A stretch of DNA of 64,000 bases from Spirochaetia bacterium (lineage in GTDB: Bacteria; Spirochaetota; Spirochaetia; G963692905), in NCBI GenBank assembly GCA_965220165.1, contig CBDCPJ010000050.1, forward strand, positions 6,622-70,621, written 5' to 3'. Position 1 is the stretch's first letter; every line of letters begins with the position of its first letter. Both the position numbers and the translations under genes were made by a program. The notes under the pieces are model-generated. The model saw only the letters and a list, made by a program, of their open reading frames with translations, ran no database searches and was not told the DNA's origin. Of this stretch, positions 28,920 to 39,303 are shown one piece after another.

Positions 28920-30911
28920 ATGAAGCATTTTTTTACCGATTCTGTCGCGCGGGCTATCGCGTTGTCGGTGCGTTCTCTTTCGATGGACGCCGTGCAACGC
29001 GCAAACTCTGGGCATCCGGGATTGCCTATGGGTCTTGCCGAGCTCGGGGCGACGCTCTACGGCGCTATTTTATCGCACGCTCCGCGTCATCCGGAGTGGC
29101 CAAACCGCGATCGATTCGTACTGTCGGCGGGGCACGGCTCTATGCTCCTCTACTCGCTTCTCCATCTCTCGGGGTATGATGTTTCCCTCGATGATATACG
29201 GGCGTTTCGAAAGACTCGATCCCGCGCGCCGGGGCATCCCGAATATGGACATACGGCGGGGGTCGAGACCACAACGGGGCCATTGGGGCAGGGGTTTGCA
29301 AACGCGGTGGGAATGGCTATCGCCGAGCGACATCTTGCCAGCGTTTTTAATGTCGGCAATCAGCGAATCATCGACCATTACACCTATGCGATTGCCAGCG
29401 ACGGAGACCTTATGGAGGGCGTCGCGGCGGAGGCTTCGTCTCTTGCGGGGCATCTTCGACTTGGCAAGCTAATCGTCTATTACGATGATAATAAGATAAG
29501 CATCGAGGGGCGAACCGATATCGCTTTTAGCGAGGATGTCGCCGCCCGTTATCGCGCCTATGACTGGAATACTTTTGAGTGCGACGCGAGAGACTGGGAG
29601 ACGTTGCTGGAGCTCACTCGCCGCGCGCAAGAGGAGACGGAGCGCCCGACATTGATTATCGCGCGGTCGATTATAGGCTATGGGTCGCCAAACAAGGCCG
29701 ATACGCCCGCAGCCCACGGGTCGCCGTTGGGCGATGATGAGGTGCGAGAGACAAAGCGCAATATTGGTCTGGATCCCGACAGAGAATTCTATGTCGATCC
29801 TGCGGCTGTCGATTACTTTGGACAACGGCAACTTCGTCAAGAGGAGGCGTATAGCAAGTGGAAAGAGCTTTTTGAGCGATGGAGACGGGAACATCCCGAT
29901 CGGGCGGAGCTCTGGGATCGATATTTTGGCGAGCAATCGATCGACTCGATCGACTGGCCGCGGTTTAAACCTGGCGAAAAGGTAGCGACGCGGGCTGCGA
30001 GCGGGAAATGTCTTCAAGCGGCGGCGCGGGAGGCGAGAAATCTTGTGGGCGGGTCTGCGGATTTGGCTCCCTCTAATAGCACCGCGATGCCAGATAACGG
30101 CGACTATAGCCATACAAATCGCTTGGGACGAACTATCCATTTCGGCGTGCGGGAGCATGGAATGGGGGCGATATGCAACGGTATCTGCGTTTACGGCGGT
30201 TTACGGGTATTCTGCGCGACCTTTCTCGCTTTTGCCGATTATATGCGCGGGTCAATACGTCTGGCTGCTCTCATGGGGTTGCCGGTAATCTACATTATGA
30301 CTCACGATTCGATCCTGCTGGGCGAAGATGGGCCGACACACCAGCCTATCGAACATCTTGCGTCGCTCCGCGCGATACCAAACCTTATGGTGCTCCGACC
30401 CGGCGATGCCGAGGAGACGGTTTCGGCGTGGCAGATGGCGTTGCGGCGAACCGACGGGCCTACGCTCTTAGCGTTAACGAGGCAGGGGATTCCCGTCTAT
30501 AAGAAGGACGACCGGGATTGGAAGACAACGATTGCGGGCGGAGCGTTTATCGCGCGCGACTCGTCGGGAACGCCGGAAAGGGTGGTTATCGCGACGGGAT
30601 CAGAGGTCGCTATGGCGATTGAGGCGCTCGATCGTGTCGATCCCGCTCTCCGATCTTCCACACGCGTCGTATCGATGATTTCGCGCGAGCTTTTCTCCGC
30701 TATGCCGCAGTCGTTTCGCGATGGCATTATCCCTCCTGATAGCCGCGTTATCGTCGCGGAGGCCGGGATCGCGCAGGGATGGGAGCATTTTGCGCCGCGC
30801 GGCGCCGATCGTATGGTGTTATCGGGATTTGGGCTGTCGGGGCCGGGCAACGATGTGGCAACGGCGCTTGGTATGCATGCCGATCGATTGGCTGAAATTA
30901 TCGCCTCGTAG
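28920..30911 (+). CDS. tkt: Transketolase
   Basis: NSGHPGLPMG, DRFVLSAGHGS, ETTTGPLGQG, THDSILLGEDGPTHQP. GGAGGT RBS. Confidence 0.97.
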   Translation: MKHFFTDSVARAIALSVRSLSMDAVQRANSGHPGLPMGLAELGATLYGAILSHAPRHPEWPNRDRFVLSAGHGSMLLYSLLHLSGYDVSLDDIRAFRKTRSRAPGHPEYGHTAGVETTTGPLGQGFANAVGMAIAERHLASVFNVGNQRIIDHYTYAIASDGDLMEGVAAEASSLAGHLRLGKLIVYYDDNKISIEGRTDIAFSEDVAARYRAYDWNTFECDARDWETLLELTRRAQEETERPTLIIARSIIGYGSPNKADTPAAHGSPLGDDEVRETKRNIGLDPDREFYVDPAAVDYFGQRQLRQEEAYSKWKELFERWRREHPDRAELWDRYFGEQSIDSIDWPRFKPGEKVATRAASGKCLQAAAREARNLVGGSADLAPSNSTAMPDNGDYSHTNRLGRTIHFGVREHGMGAICNGICVYGGLRVFCATFLAFADYMRGSIRLAALMGLPVIYIMTHDSILLGEDGPTHQPIEHLASLRAIPNLMVLRPGDAEETVSAWQMALRRTDGPTLLALTRQGIPVYKKDDRDWKTTIAGGAFIARDSSGTPERVVIATGSEVAMAIEALDRVDPALRSSTRVVSMISRELFSAMPQSFRDGIIPPDSRVIVAEAGIAQGWEHFAPRGADRMVLSGFGLSGPGNDVATALGMHADRLAEIIAS

Positions 30912-30940
30912 CCGCTCGACCATATGGGTGGCTAATCGGC

Positions 30941-31969
30941 ATGGCATCGACGAACATACCCGCGGATTATGAAGGCGCCGCGGCCAGTCGACGAAATGGG
31001 AACAATCGCCAGAACATTATCGTTGTCGGCGTCGATATCGGCGGATCGCATATGATTATGTTGGCGATGAGAAGCGACGGCTCTATCGTGGATCGACGCT
31101 ATGTTGAGACTCTCAATGACGAGGGCGCTACCCGACAAGACGCTGTCGCGCGCCGCGTTGAACCAGTGAGGGATTTTATCGCGTCGGCGGATGGCCATGG
31201 CGGGGCGAAGGTGGTCTCGGTGGGCATCAGCTCGGCGGGTATTGCGGATCGCGATCATCGTATGCTCTACGATATCGGGGGCAAGCTTTTTGGCGTCAAG
31301 AGCTTTGACTGGCAAGCGGCGCTGAGAAAAGAGACGCCGGCGCTCGGGGGCGACATACCGGCGCTGGTGCTGAACGACGCGCATGCGGCGCTCATGGCTG
31401 AGGCGTGGCTCGGAGCGGCGCGCGGGCGGCGGGATGCCGTGATGCTTACGCTGGGCACCGGAGTCGGCGGGGCGATTATCGCTAATGGGCGATTGGTGGG
31501 CGGCGCGCTGGGGAGAGCGGGGCATATCGGACACGTTATCATCGATCCGGACGGGAAGCCGGATATATTCGGAGCGCCGGGAAGCCTTGAGTGGTTTTTC
31601 GGCAATGGAACCGTCGCTGATCGCACAAATGGTCGATTTACGAGCGTAAAGCAGGTCGTCGAAGGGGTTGTCGCTGGCAATACGGCTGCCTGCGCCGAGT
31701 GGGATCGCGCGGTTTCGAGCTTGGCGATCGGAATTGCGTCGCTCATTACTACGCTCGATCCCGAGGTGGTTATATTGGGCGGAGGGATCGCAAGCGCCGG
31801 CGATATTCTTCTGCGCCCGTTGCGAAAGAAAATGAACCGATTAGAATGGCATCCCGAGGATTTAAGCGTGCCTATCGTTTTTGCGCGGCTGGGAAACGAC
31901 GCGGGGGCTATCGGCGGCGCCGCTTTTGCGTTGGAACACTATTCAAAGAACGCCATTTTTAGCTCGTAA
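30941..31969 (+). CDS. ROK family sugar kinase
   Basis: GVDIGGS, NDAHAA, LTLGTGVGG, GNDAGAIG. Confidence 0.88.
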   Translation: MASTNIPADYEGAAASRRNGNNRQNIIVVGVDIGGSHMIMLAMRSDGSIVDRRYVETLNDEGATRQDAVARRVEPVRDFIASADGHGGAKVVSVGISSAGIADRDHRMLYDIGGKLFGVKSFDWQAALRKETPALGGDIPALVLNDAHAALMAEAWLGAARGRRDAVMLTLGTGVGGAIIANGRLVGGALGRAGHIGHVIIDPDGKPDIFGAPGSLEWFFGNGTVADRTNGRFTSVKQVVEGVVAGNTAACAEWDRAVSSLAIGIASLITTLDPEVVILGGGIASAGDILLRPLRKKMNRLEWHPEDLSVPIVFARLGNDAGAIGGAAFALEHYSKNAIFSS

Positions 31970-32023
31970 CGGCGCTGTTTTCGCTGTTGACATGGATCGG
32001 CCGATTGTGTCATCATAGATATA

Positions 32024-33397
32024 GTGAGCGGCAATAGTATGGTCATCCTGCAAAGGCAGAATATGACGATGAGTCCCCGGTTATACCAAGGGATGAAACT
32101 ACTTGCCTATCCTATGCGCGATCTTTTGCGATACATCAATGAGACGGTGGAGAAGAATCCCGCGTTGGATATAGTCGGTTCAAAGGATCTATCGCTAGAA
32201 AGCTTGGTCCAGAAAGAGAATCGCTATGATAGATATAATATCGAATATCCCCGTCCATACAATGCCAAACAGAGCGATCGGCTACGCAATGTTATTGAAG
32301 GAACGTTAACTCGTCCCGAATCACTCCAAGAACATCTTCTCTGGCAGTTGCGCTTGCAGCCCATCTCTTCGTCGGATTTTCAAATAGGAGAGCGGTTAAT
32401 TCGCAATCTTGACCACAAGGGTTTTTATCTCTCCGAGCCGGCTAGTCTATTTCATTCGATCGATAGTTCTCATCTCAACGCGCTTATCGCGCTTATCCAG
32501 ACATTTGAGCCGATAGGCTCGTGCGTCGCAAATTATCAAGAATCGCTACTCGCGCAGATGGATTTCGGCTCGAAGGATCCCCCGCCGTATGCTCGAGATA
32601 TTGTCGCCAATAGCCTAACGGATCTCGAAAAGGATCGACATGACGCCATAATGCGAAAATATAGTATAGATAAGAGAGAATTAGACGCGATAATCGACTA
32701 TATTCGCGAACTTTCTCCCTTTCCAGGGCTTCAATACACAGCCGACAATGCGCAATATGTTATCCCCGACCTGCAGTTTTCAATACGGGATGGCGATGTT
32801 GCGGTCTCTCTTAACGACGAAGATATTCCGCAATTGCAGATCAGCCAGTTTTACGAGCATCTAAGCATGCGTTCAAAGAGCAAAAACGAGATCACAAGCC
32901 CTGTGCAAAAACGGGCGCTGGAATTCGCGTCTCCCCATATCCAAGAGGCTCGGTGGCTTATTGATACGATTAAGAGACGAAACAATACGTTGCTCAGCGC
33001 CGCCGTCGCTATCGCCTATTTTCAACGGGAATTTTTTTTCCATGGACAGACGCATCTTGTTCCTCTCGTAAGAAAAGATATCGCCGACGCGATCAATGTT
33101 CACCCCACAACAATATCGCGTATCGCAACCTCCAAATATGCTCAAACAGACTGGGGCATTTACGAACTCAAATACTTTTTCTCTACCTCCGCGTCTACAA
33201 AATCGTCGAGCAATGTCTCACGAAAAGCTGTTCAAGCTATAGTCGGAAAACTACTCGATAGCAATCGAAAAAAACAGTTATCAGATCAAAAAATATGCGA
33301 TATATTACAGCAACGACACGGAATAAAAATAGCTCGCCGGACGCTGGCGAAATACCGCGCCGAATTGAATATTGAATCGTCGTACAAAAGAAAATAA
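32024..33397 (+). CDS. rpoN: RNA polymerase sigma-54 factor
   Basis: NPALD, SLQEHLLWQL, HPTTISR, ELKYFFS and RpoN box ARRTLAKYR. Confidence 0.95.
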   Translation: MSGNSMVILQRQNMTMSPRLYQGMKLLAYPMRDLLRYINETVEKNPALDIVGSKDLSLESLVQKENRYDRYNIEYPRPYNAKQSDRLRNVIEGTLTRPESLQEHLLWQLRLQPISSSDFQIGERLIRNLDHKGFYLSEPASLFHSIDSSHLNALIALIQTFEPIGSCVANYQESLLAQMDFGSKDPPPYARDIVANSLTDLEKDRHDAIMRKYSIDKRELDAIIDYIRELSPFPGLQYTADNAQYVIPDLQFSIRDGDVAVSLNDEDIPQLQISQFYEHLSMRSKSKNEITSPVQKRALEFASPHIQEARWLIDTIKRRNNTLLSAAVAIAYFQREFFFHGQTHLVPLVRKDIADAINVHPTTISRIATSKYAQTDWGIYELKYFFSTSASTKSSSNVSRKAVQAIVGKLLDSNRKKQLSDQKICDILQQRHGIKIARRTLAKYRAELNIESSYKRK

Positions 33398-33410
33398 TAA
33401 GGAGAACCAA

Positions 33411-33701
33411 ATGGAAACAGATATTCAAACTATGCATTTTCATCTCAACGATGATGATCAAAAACATTTCGATTATCATATCGAACGACTGGATTTTGCT
33501 AAAAGCTATATTGTGCATTTAGCATTTATACTGCGCAAAGAGAAGCGGGATTTTTCGATGGAGGCTCGCGCCCATCTTAAATGGGGCCATATCGATGTAA
33601 TCAAGGTGGAGGACTATGACCTCCACGATGGAATTACCGCGTTGTTCACAAAATTGGAACATAAATTGCACAAAGAAAAGGAGCGCAAACAGGAACATTG
33701 A
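33411..33701 (+). CDS. hpf: Ribosome hibernation promoting factor (HPF/RaiA)
   Basis: AGGAG RBS before ATG 33411, position after rpoN, HPF-like size and sequence. Confidence 0.8.
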   Translation: METDIQTMHFHLNDDDQKHFDYHIERLDFAKSYIVHLAFILRKEKRDFSMEARAHLKWGHIDVIKVEDYDLHDGITALFTKLEHKLHKEKERKQEH

Positions 33702-34660
33702 TCAATGTCAAATTTACCGTACACCAACTTGTAAAACTACAGCTCTTCGACTACGCTTCTTTAGACCTTGTCTATTTACTAAAGCCCGAATCGAAAGATA
33801 GGTATATCGCCGGGCCCAATTTCAATCGTCCGGGATTAGCGTTGAGCGGTTATTTTAAGGATTTTGGCAATAATCGCATTCAGATATTTGGTCGCGGAGA
33901 GACCTCATATATTCACGAGCTTGAATCGAATAATCGATTCGATATATTTGAAAAATTCTTTCGCTATTATAGTCCATGTGTAATTTTTACCCATTCGCAA
34001 AGGCCACCACAGCATTTTACCGCGCTTGCGGAACAGGTTGGGTGTCCTATTTTGCAAACTCCGCTTTCTACGACCGATTTTACCTTTCGCTTGGCGCAGG
34101 CCCTTTCTGCCATTTTCGCCGAAAGCAAGGTTGTTCACGGTGTATTGCTGGAGATTTTCGGCATGGGGACGCTCATAACGGGCGTGAGCGGAATAGGAAA
34201 GAGCGAAGCGGCGGTAGAATTGGTCGATCGAGGACATATCATCATAGCCGACGACTCTGTGGCGCTGAGAAAAGTCGCGGAAAATCATATTAACGGCACG
34301 CCCGTTCGTCGGGAATTTGGCCACCATATGGAGCTGCGAGGACTTGGAATTATCAATATCGCTCACCTCTTTGGAATTAGCGTTATTCGAAATAATAAAC
34401 AGGTCGATATAGTCATAGAACTGGAGGCCTGGGACAAAGAGCGGCATTATGATAGGGTTGGCGATCGAGATCAGACGCATACCATATTGGGCATCGAAAT
34501 TCCCTATATTCTTATTCCTATACGTCCGGGTCGCAACATTCCTATCCTTATCGAAGTGGCCGTGATGAATCAACGATTAAAACAGAATGGTATTAACGCC
34601 GCGCGAGATTTTAACGAACGCGCTATCGAGATCATGAAACGCAACAACCCATCACAATGA
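33698..34660 (+). CDS. hprK: HPr kinase/phosphorylase
   Basis: NRPGLALSGY, RIQIFG, GVSGIGKSE, IADD, HHMELRGLGII. Confidence 0.96.
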   Translation: MINVKFTVHQLVKLQLFDYASLDLVYLLKPESKDRYIAGPNFNRPGLALSGYFKDFGNNRIQIFGRGETSYIHELESNNRFDIFEKFFRYYSPCVIFTHSQRPPQHFTALAEQVGCPILQTPLSTTDFTFRLAQALSAIFAESKVVHGVLLEIFGMGTLITGVSGIGKSEAAVELVDRGHIIIADDSVALRKVAENHINGTPVRREFGHHMELRGLGIINIAHLFGISVIRNNKQVDIVIELEAWDKERHYDRVGDRDQTHTILGIEIPYILIPIRPGRNIPILIEVAVMNQRLKQNGINAARDFNERAIEIMKRNNPSQ

Positions 34661-34923
34661 TCAAGCAAGAGGTAACTGTCGTCAATAAAAATGGCATTCA
34701 CGCTCGCCCCGCCTCTGCCATCATTCAAGTAACAAATAAATTCGACTCCGAAATATTTTTGAGCTACGGAGATGTAACAATCAATGCAAAATCAATTATG
34801 GGTGTTATTATGTTGGGAGCCGCCCAAGGAACCGTGCTAACATTATTGGCCGATGGCGCTGATGAAAACGAGGCTATTCAAGCAATTAGCGCATTATTTG
34901 CCAACAAATTTGAAGAGGCGTAG
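34657..34923 (+). CDS. ptsH: Phosphocarrier protein HPr
   Basis: GIHARPAS (His15 site) and NAKSIMG (Ser46 site). Confidence 0.96.
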   Translation: MIKQEVTVVNKNGIHARPASAIIQVTNKFDSEIFLSYGDVTINAKSIMGVIMLGAAQGTVLTLLADGADENEAIQAISALFANKFEEA

Positions 34924-34949
34924 CGACAGATTTTTAGATATGTTAGATT

Positions 34950-35984
34950 ATGCCGCAATCTAATTCCTCTGTTTTCCTTATATTAGGGCCCGAAGAATAT
35001 CTTCGTAAACAGCGCGTCGCCGAAATAGAAAAGAATCTTGCAAAGGCAATGAATAATAGATTAGCAAAACATAATCATTATGCGTTTGAACGAGATTCGT
35101 CCTATATAGTCGATCTATTGCGAAGCGGGTCGCTTTTTGCCGAACATGCGCTAATAACCTATGGCTCCGTAGAGCTGCTCAACAAGAAAAAGGACTATGA
35201 CCCCTTAGTTCGCTATATTAAACAACCCGCTCCCTCTTCGACGCTTGTGCTATTCAGCGATCAATACCGTGTCGCCGAGTCGCTGATGCGCGCCGTTCCT
35301 AAGCAACAACAGACTGTATGCTGGGAACAATCAAAATACTCATTGCAAAATCGCTTGAGAACAATGTGTCGTCAATACCAAGTCGATATCTCTCCCGAAG
35401 CGGTAGAAACTCTACTGGAGCATGTTGTGAGCAATAGCTTAGACTTGGAGAGACAAATCGCGCCGCTATGCCATTTCGTCGGAGCGCGAAAAACGATAAA
35501 CGAACAGCATATCGATGAGTTTCTCTACTATGGCCGAAATGAAAGCGCGTTTTCGCTATTCGCAAAAATTGCCGAATGCCGATTTGAAGAGGCGGTCGCC
35601 GTATCGCAGGCTCTATTTATCTCGAAGGAGGGAGATCCTAACGCCGTGATCGCCATCTCGCTCATCCATCTTCGCAAACTGCATGCCCTGCGATCGATGA
35701 TATCAACCATAGGTTCAGAGAGAGCCTTTCGCGATCTCGCTATTTTGGGTAAACGTCGACAACAGATCTACCGATCGGCCCTCGCAAACTATACAGCGGA
35801 TGATATTGAAAGGATACTGGTGTTAGGAGGATATTTTGAAACCGCTATACGCTCTGGTCGTGACAGCTATTCCCAAGAAATGCTCCTTCAGTTTATCCAT
35901 GCAACCATAAATCGTAAAGGAAGGCGACAAGGCGCCGCTCGACTTATCCTTCACAAAGATACCGGCGCAAGGGATTATCGATGA
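34950..35984 (+). CDS. holA: DNA polymerase III delta subunit
   Basis: FLILGPEEYL, SLFAE, size about 340 aa. Confidence 0.8.
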   Translation: MPQSNSSVFLILGPEEYLRKQRVAEIEKNLAKAMNNRLAKHNHYAFERDSSYIVDLLRSGSLFAEHALITYGSVELLNKKKDYDPLVRYIKQPAPSSTLVLFSDQYRVAESLMRAVPKQQQTVCWEQSKYSLQNRLRTMCRQYQVDISPEAVETLLEHVVSNSLDLERQIAPLCHFVGARKTINEQHIDEFLYYGRNESAFSLFAKIAECRFEEAVAVSQALFISKEGDPNAVIAISLIHLRKLHALRSMISTIGSERAFRDLAILGKRRQQIYRSALANYTADDIERILVLGGYFETAIRSGRDSYSQEMLLQFIHATINRKGRRQGAARLILHKDTGARDYR

Positions 35985-37246
35985 AAACTTCCGGCATCTA
36001 TCGCATGCTCAACAGAGCGCAACACTACGCATGGGGAGACGGGATTTCTATTCCCTCGCTTCTCTCTTCGCCAAATACCGATAAAAAGAGCTACGCCGAG
36101 TATTGGATGGGAGCGCATCCAAAATTAAGCTCCAAAATCGAGTATGATGGATCGATACGGTCACTATACGACATGATCGAAGAACATAGCGACCAATTTC
36201 TTGGCGATACCGTTCAGCTTCATTTCAAGCCACCGCTCCCCTATTTGCTCAAACTGTTGGCGCCGGGCGCCGCGCTTTCTATTCAGGTTCATCCTAATTT
36301 AGAACAAGCTCAAAAAGGCTTTGAGCGAGAAAACGGCGCGAATATCGCGATAAATTCGAATCAACGCACCTATCGAGACGCCAATCATAAAGCCGAAATA
36401 ATTTGCGCGATAACGAATTTTTCCGCGCTTTGCGGTTTTCGCCCTCTCGATGAGGCCCATGGTTATATTGAGGCCATTGCCTCCGCGGGGTTGGCAACCA
36501 ACATTTGCCGCTATCTATCGTCATTATCTTCTATTGAAGAGTTCTATCGCGCGATAATGCATTCGCTTGATCGCTCTGCCACTCGAGAAATAGTAACCGC
36601 CGCGCGCCAATACGCATCCTCTGTGTTATCGGACGACTCTCATAAAAATATAACATCTCCATGGTATTGGATAACCATTTTGCAACAGCAATTTCCAGAC
36701 GATATCGGCCTGCTGGCGCCGCTGTATCTCAATATCATCAATCTAAAACCATCCGAGGCATTGTTCTTGCCGCCAAATATCATTCATTCATACCTACGAG
36801 GATTTGGGCTTGAGTTAATGAGCAACTCGGATAATGTTATCCGAGGCGGTTTGACCAGCAAATGGATCGATGTCCCCGAATTGCTCGCCACGTCTCTTTT
36901 TGAATCATTCATACCGCCTATCATAACTCCTCAACGCTCTCCCGCAGATATGATGAGCGAAATCGCCTATTATCCCGTTCCATTGAAAGATTTTACGTTA
37001 CGACAAATTATCATCCGCCCTACGGAACAGATAACCTTGCCACAAGCTGATCTATCGCCCTCTTTTGATCGAATTGGTCCCGAAATCTGGTTCTCGCTAC
37101 GCGGAACAGCGTATTTTGAAGCCGAACACGAAACTATTGGTTTGCGACAGGGCGCTTCCCTTTTTATAGCGGCAAATAACAAAGGATATACCATTTCTGG
37201 AGATGCCACGCTTTATAACGCCGCAATCAACACGCGATATCTATAA
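35981..37246 (+). CDS. manA: Mannose-6-phosphate isomerase, class I
   Basis: HYAWG, AEYWMGAHP, LSIQVHP, DANHKAE, SNSDNVIRGGLT. Confidence 0.94.
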   Translation: MKTSGIYRMLNRAQHYAWGDGISIPSLLSSPNTDKKSYAEYWMGAHPKLSSKIEYDGSIRSLYDMIEEHSDQFLGDTVQLHFKPPLPYLLKLLAPGAALSIQVHPNLEQAQKGFERENGANIAINSNQRTYRDANHKAEIICAITNFSALCGFRPLDEAHGYIEAIASAGLATNICRYLSSLSSIEEFYRAIMHSLDRSATREIVTAARQYASSVLSDDSHKNITSPWYWITILQQQFPDDIGLLAPLYLNIINLKPSEALFLPPNIIHSYLRGFGLELMSNSDNVIRGGLTSKWIDVPELLATSLFESFIPPIITPQRSPADMMSEIAYYPVPLKDFTLRQIIIRPTEQITLPQADLSPSFDRIGPEIWFSLRGTAYFEAEHETIGLRQGASLFIAANNKGYTISGDATLYNAAINTRYL

Positions 37247-37704
37247 TGAATATATGGCTAGACGCCGACGCATGCCCTCGCGATATACGCGCGATCGCGA
37301 TTAGAGCCGCTCTCCAGGAAGCTCAACGCCCTATCAAGTTGTATATCGTCGCTGATCGACCTATTCCGCTATCGGCATCATCTACGCGCAGGCATGAGAA
37401 TTTTCGTTCGCGGATTATTCCGGTTCTCGCGCCGGATGCCGATGCCTATATCCTGCAATACGCCGAGAATAAAGATGTCGCCATAACTCGCGACGTTGAA
37501 TTAGCGTCGGAATTAGATAAAGGAGGAGTTATCTGCCTAGACATCCAAGGATGCGTATGGGATAGATCGCGCATCAGCGAACGCATCGAACTACGCAATA
37601 CCAGACCGGCTTTTCGCTCCAAATCTATCGGCGCCCGAATTCGTCGCGTCCATTCAGAGCGCCAAACATTTGCCGCCGCGTTGCAATACCATATTGCGCG
37701 ATAA
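37246..37704 (+). CDS. YaiI/YqxD (DUF188) family protein
   Basis: IWLDADACP, DADAYI, ITRDVELA. Confidence 0.8.
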   Translation: MNIWLDADACPRDIRAIAIRAALQEAQRPIKLYIVADRPIPLSASSTRRHENFRSRIIPVLAPDADAYILQYAENKDVAITRDVELASELDKGGVICLDIQGCVWDRSRISERIELRNTRPAFRSKSIGARIRRVHSERQTFAAALQYHIAR

Positions 37705-37850
37705 AAACCTTGAGCGCAACATATCCTTCTAGCGCATACACTTGTTAGGAGCAATTTTTTTCCATAGTGACTTTTTATCGCTCGCGGTCTCTTGCATAAT
37801 ATTACGCTAAAAATATAATAGTGCTTATACAACGTATATTGGAGTGTGAG

Positions 37851-39002
37851 ATGAAAATTGGAATCGTAAAAGAGAAACGTCCCGGCGAAGGACGAGTCGC
37901 ATTGGCTCCTGTCCATATCGCTCAATTAAAAAAACTGGGGTTTGACATACTTGTTGAAACAGGCGCGGGCATGAGCGCCGGTTTTACCGATGAAGAGTAT
38001 GTCAGCCACAACGCGTCAATCGTAGCGTCTCGTCGAGACGTTCTGAAACAGGCCGATATTATACCTATTCAGTCGCATGGCGCGGTAATCCCTGATATTG
38101 CGAAGAAAGACATGGAACATCTTCGACCGGGGCAAACCATCATTGGAATGCTTAATCCTTATGCTCCCCATCATATATTCAAAGATTATCTCGATGGCCG
38201 AATCACCGCCATTTCCATGGAAATGATACCCCGCATCACGCGAGCGCAGTCGATGGACGCGCTTTCATCAATGGCCAATTTAGTTGGCTACAAAGCCGCG
38301 CTTATTGCTGCGAACGCGTTGCCTAAAATGTTCCCTTTAATGATGACCGCCGCCGGAACTATCGTAGCGTCCCGCGTTTTCGTAATTGGATGCGGAGTAG
38401 CTGGTTTGCAAGCCATCGCTACAGCTCGACGTCTTGGCGCGGTTATCAGCGCCTATGATATTCGTCCAGCCGTTAAGGAACAAGTTGAAAGCTTAGGCGC
38501 AAGATTTGTTGAAATAGGCATCGACACCAGCTCCACAGAATCTTCGGGAGGATATGCCCAACAGATGGACGATACGTTTTACGCTAAACAGCGCGAACTT
38601 ATGAACGATGTAATTCATCACAGCGAAGTGGTAATTACCACTGCCGCTATCCCTGGCAAGCCTTCTCCTCGATTGGTAACAAAAGAGATGGTAGAAAACA
38701 TGCGACCGGGAACGGTCTTGGTCGATATTGCCGCAGAGCGAGGAGGAAATTGCGAACTAACCCAGGCGGGAAAAATGATTGAACACAATGGCGTCTCGAT
38801 TATCGGGCCGGTTAATCTTCCCGCGACAATGGCGCATGATGCAAGCCTTCTCTATTCCAAAAATATTTCCGCGTTACTGCAAGTCTTAAAAAAGGATGAT
38901 GGATTGCATTTCGATATGAATGACGAGATTATTAACGCGGTAACCATAACTCATAACGGCGAGGTGCCAAACCTCGCCACTAAGAGTAAACTGGAACTTT
39001 AA
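37851..39002 (+). CDS. pntA: NAD(P) transhydrogenase alpha subunit, part 1 (domain I)
   Basis: MKIGIVKE...E.RVA, RITRAQSMDALSS, GCGVAGLQAI, TTAAIPGK. GGAG RBS before 37851. Confidence 0.95.
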   Translation: MKIGIVKEKRPGEGRVALAPVHIAQLKKLGFDILVETGAGMSAGFTDEEYVSHNASIVASRRDVLKQADIIPIQSHGAVIPDIAKKDMEHLRPGQTIIGMLNPYAPHHIFKDYLDGRITAISMEMIPRITRAQSMDALSSMANLVGYKAALIAANALPKMFPLMMTAAGTIVASRVFVIGCGVAGLQAIATARRLGAVISAYDIRPAVKEQVESLGARFVEIGIDTSSTESSGGYAQQMDDTFYAKQRELMNDVIHHSEVVITTAAIPGKPSPRLVTKEMVENMRPGTVLVDIAAERGGNCELTQAGKMIEHNGVSIIGPVNLPATMAHDASLLYSKNISALLQVLKKDDGLHFDMNDEIINAVTITHNGEVPNLATKSKLEL

Positions 39003-39009
39003 CTCGACT

Positions 39010-39297
39010 ATGGATACTATATTACTTCTTATTAATATTATTACGATATTTGTCTTGGCAATATTTGTAGGATTTGAGATTATCACTAAAGTCTCTCCGA
39101 TATTGCATACTCCCTTAATGTCGGGATCAAACGCCATTTCGGGAATTACGATTATTGGTGCTCTGCTTGCTGTTGGCGGCGACAATGGACAATTAACAAA
39201 GATTTTAGGAGTTATCGCGCTCATCTGCGCTACTATTAATGTAGTAGGCGGATTTGTGGTCACTCATCGCATGTTGCGAAAATTTAGGAAGCGGTAG
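39010..39297 (+). CDS. pntA: NAD(P) transhydrogenase alpha subunit, part 2 (membrane)
   Basis: LHTPLMSGSNAISG, NVVGGFVVTHRML. Confidence 0.95.
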   Translation: MDTILLLINIITIFVLAIFVGFEIITKVSPILHTPLMSGSNAISGITIIGALLAVGGDNGQLTKILGVIALICATINVVGGFVVTHRMLRKFRKR

Positions 39298-39303
39298 AAC
39301 TAT

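Noticed and set aside
28920-31969. tkt-ROK looks more G+C-rich than the pnt/topA region, suggesting horizontal transfer
   Set aside because: Not quantified, these are core genes, and there is no integrase, tRNA or flanking direct repeat.
37851-39297. Split pntA as a possible pseudogene
   Set aside because: The three-subunit transhydrogenase arrangement is a well-known normal form, and both parts are intact.
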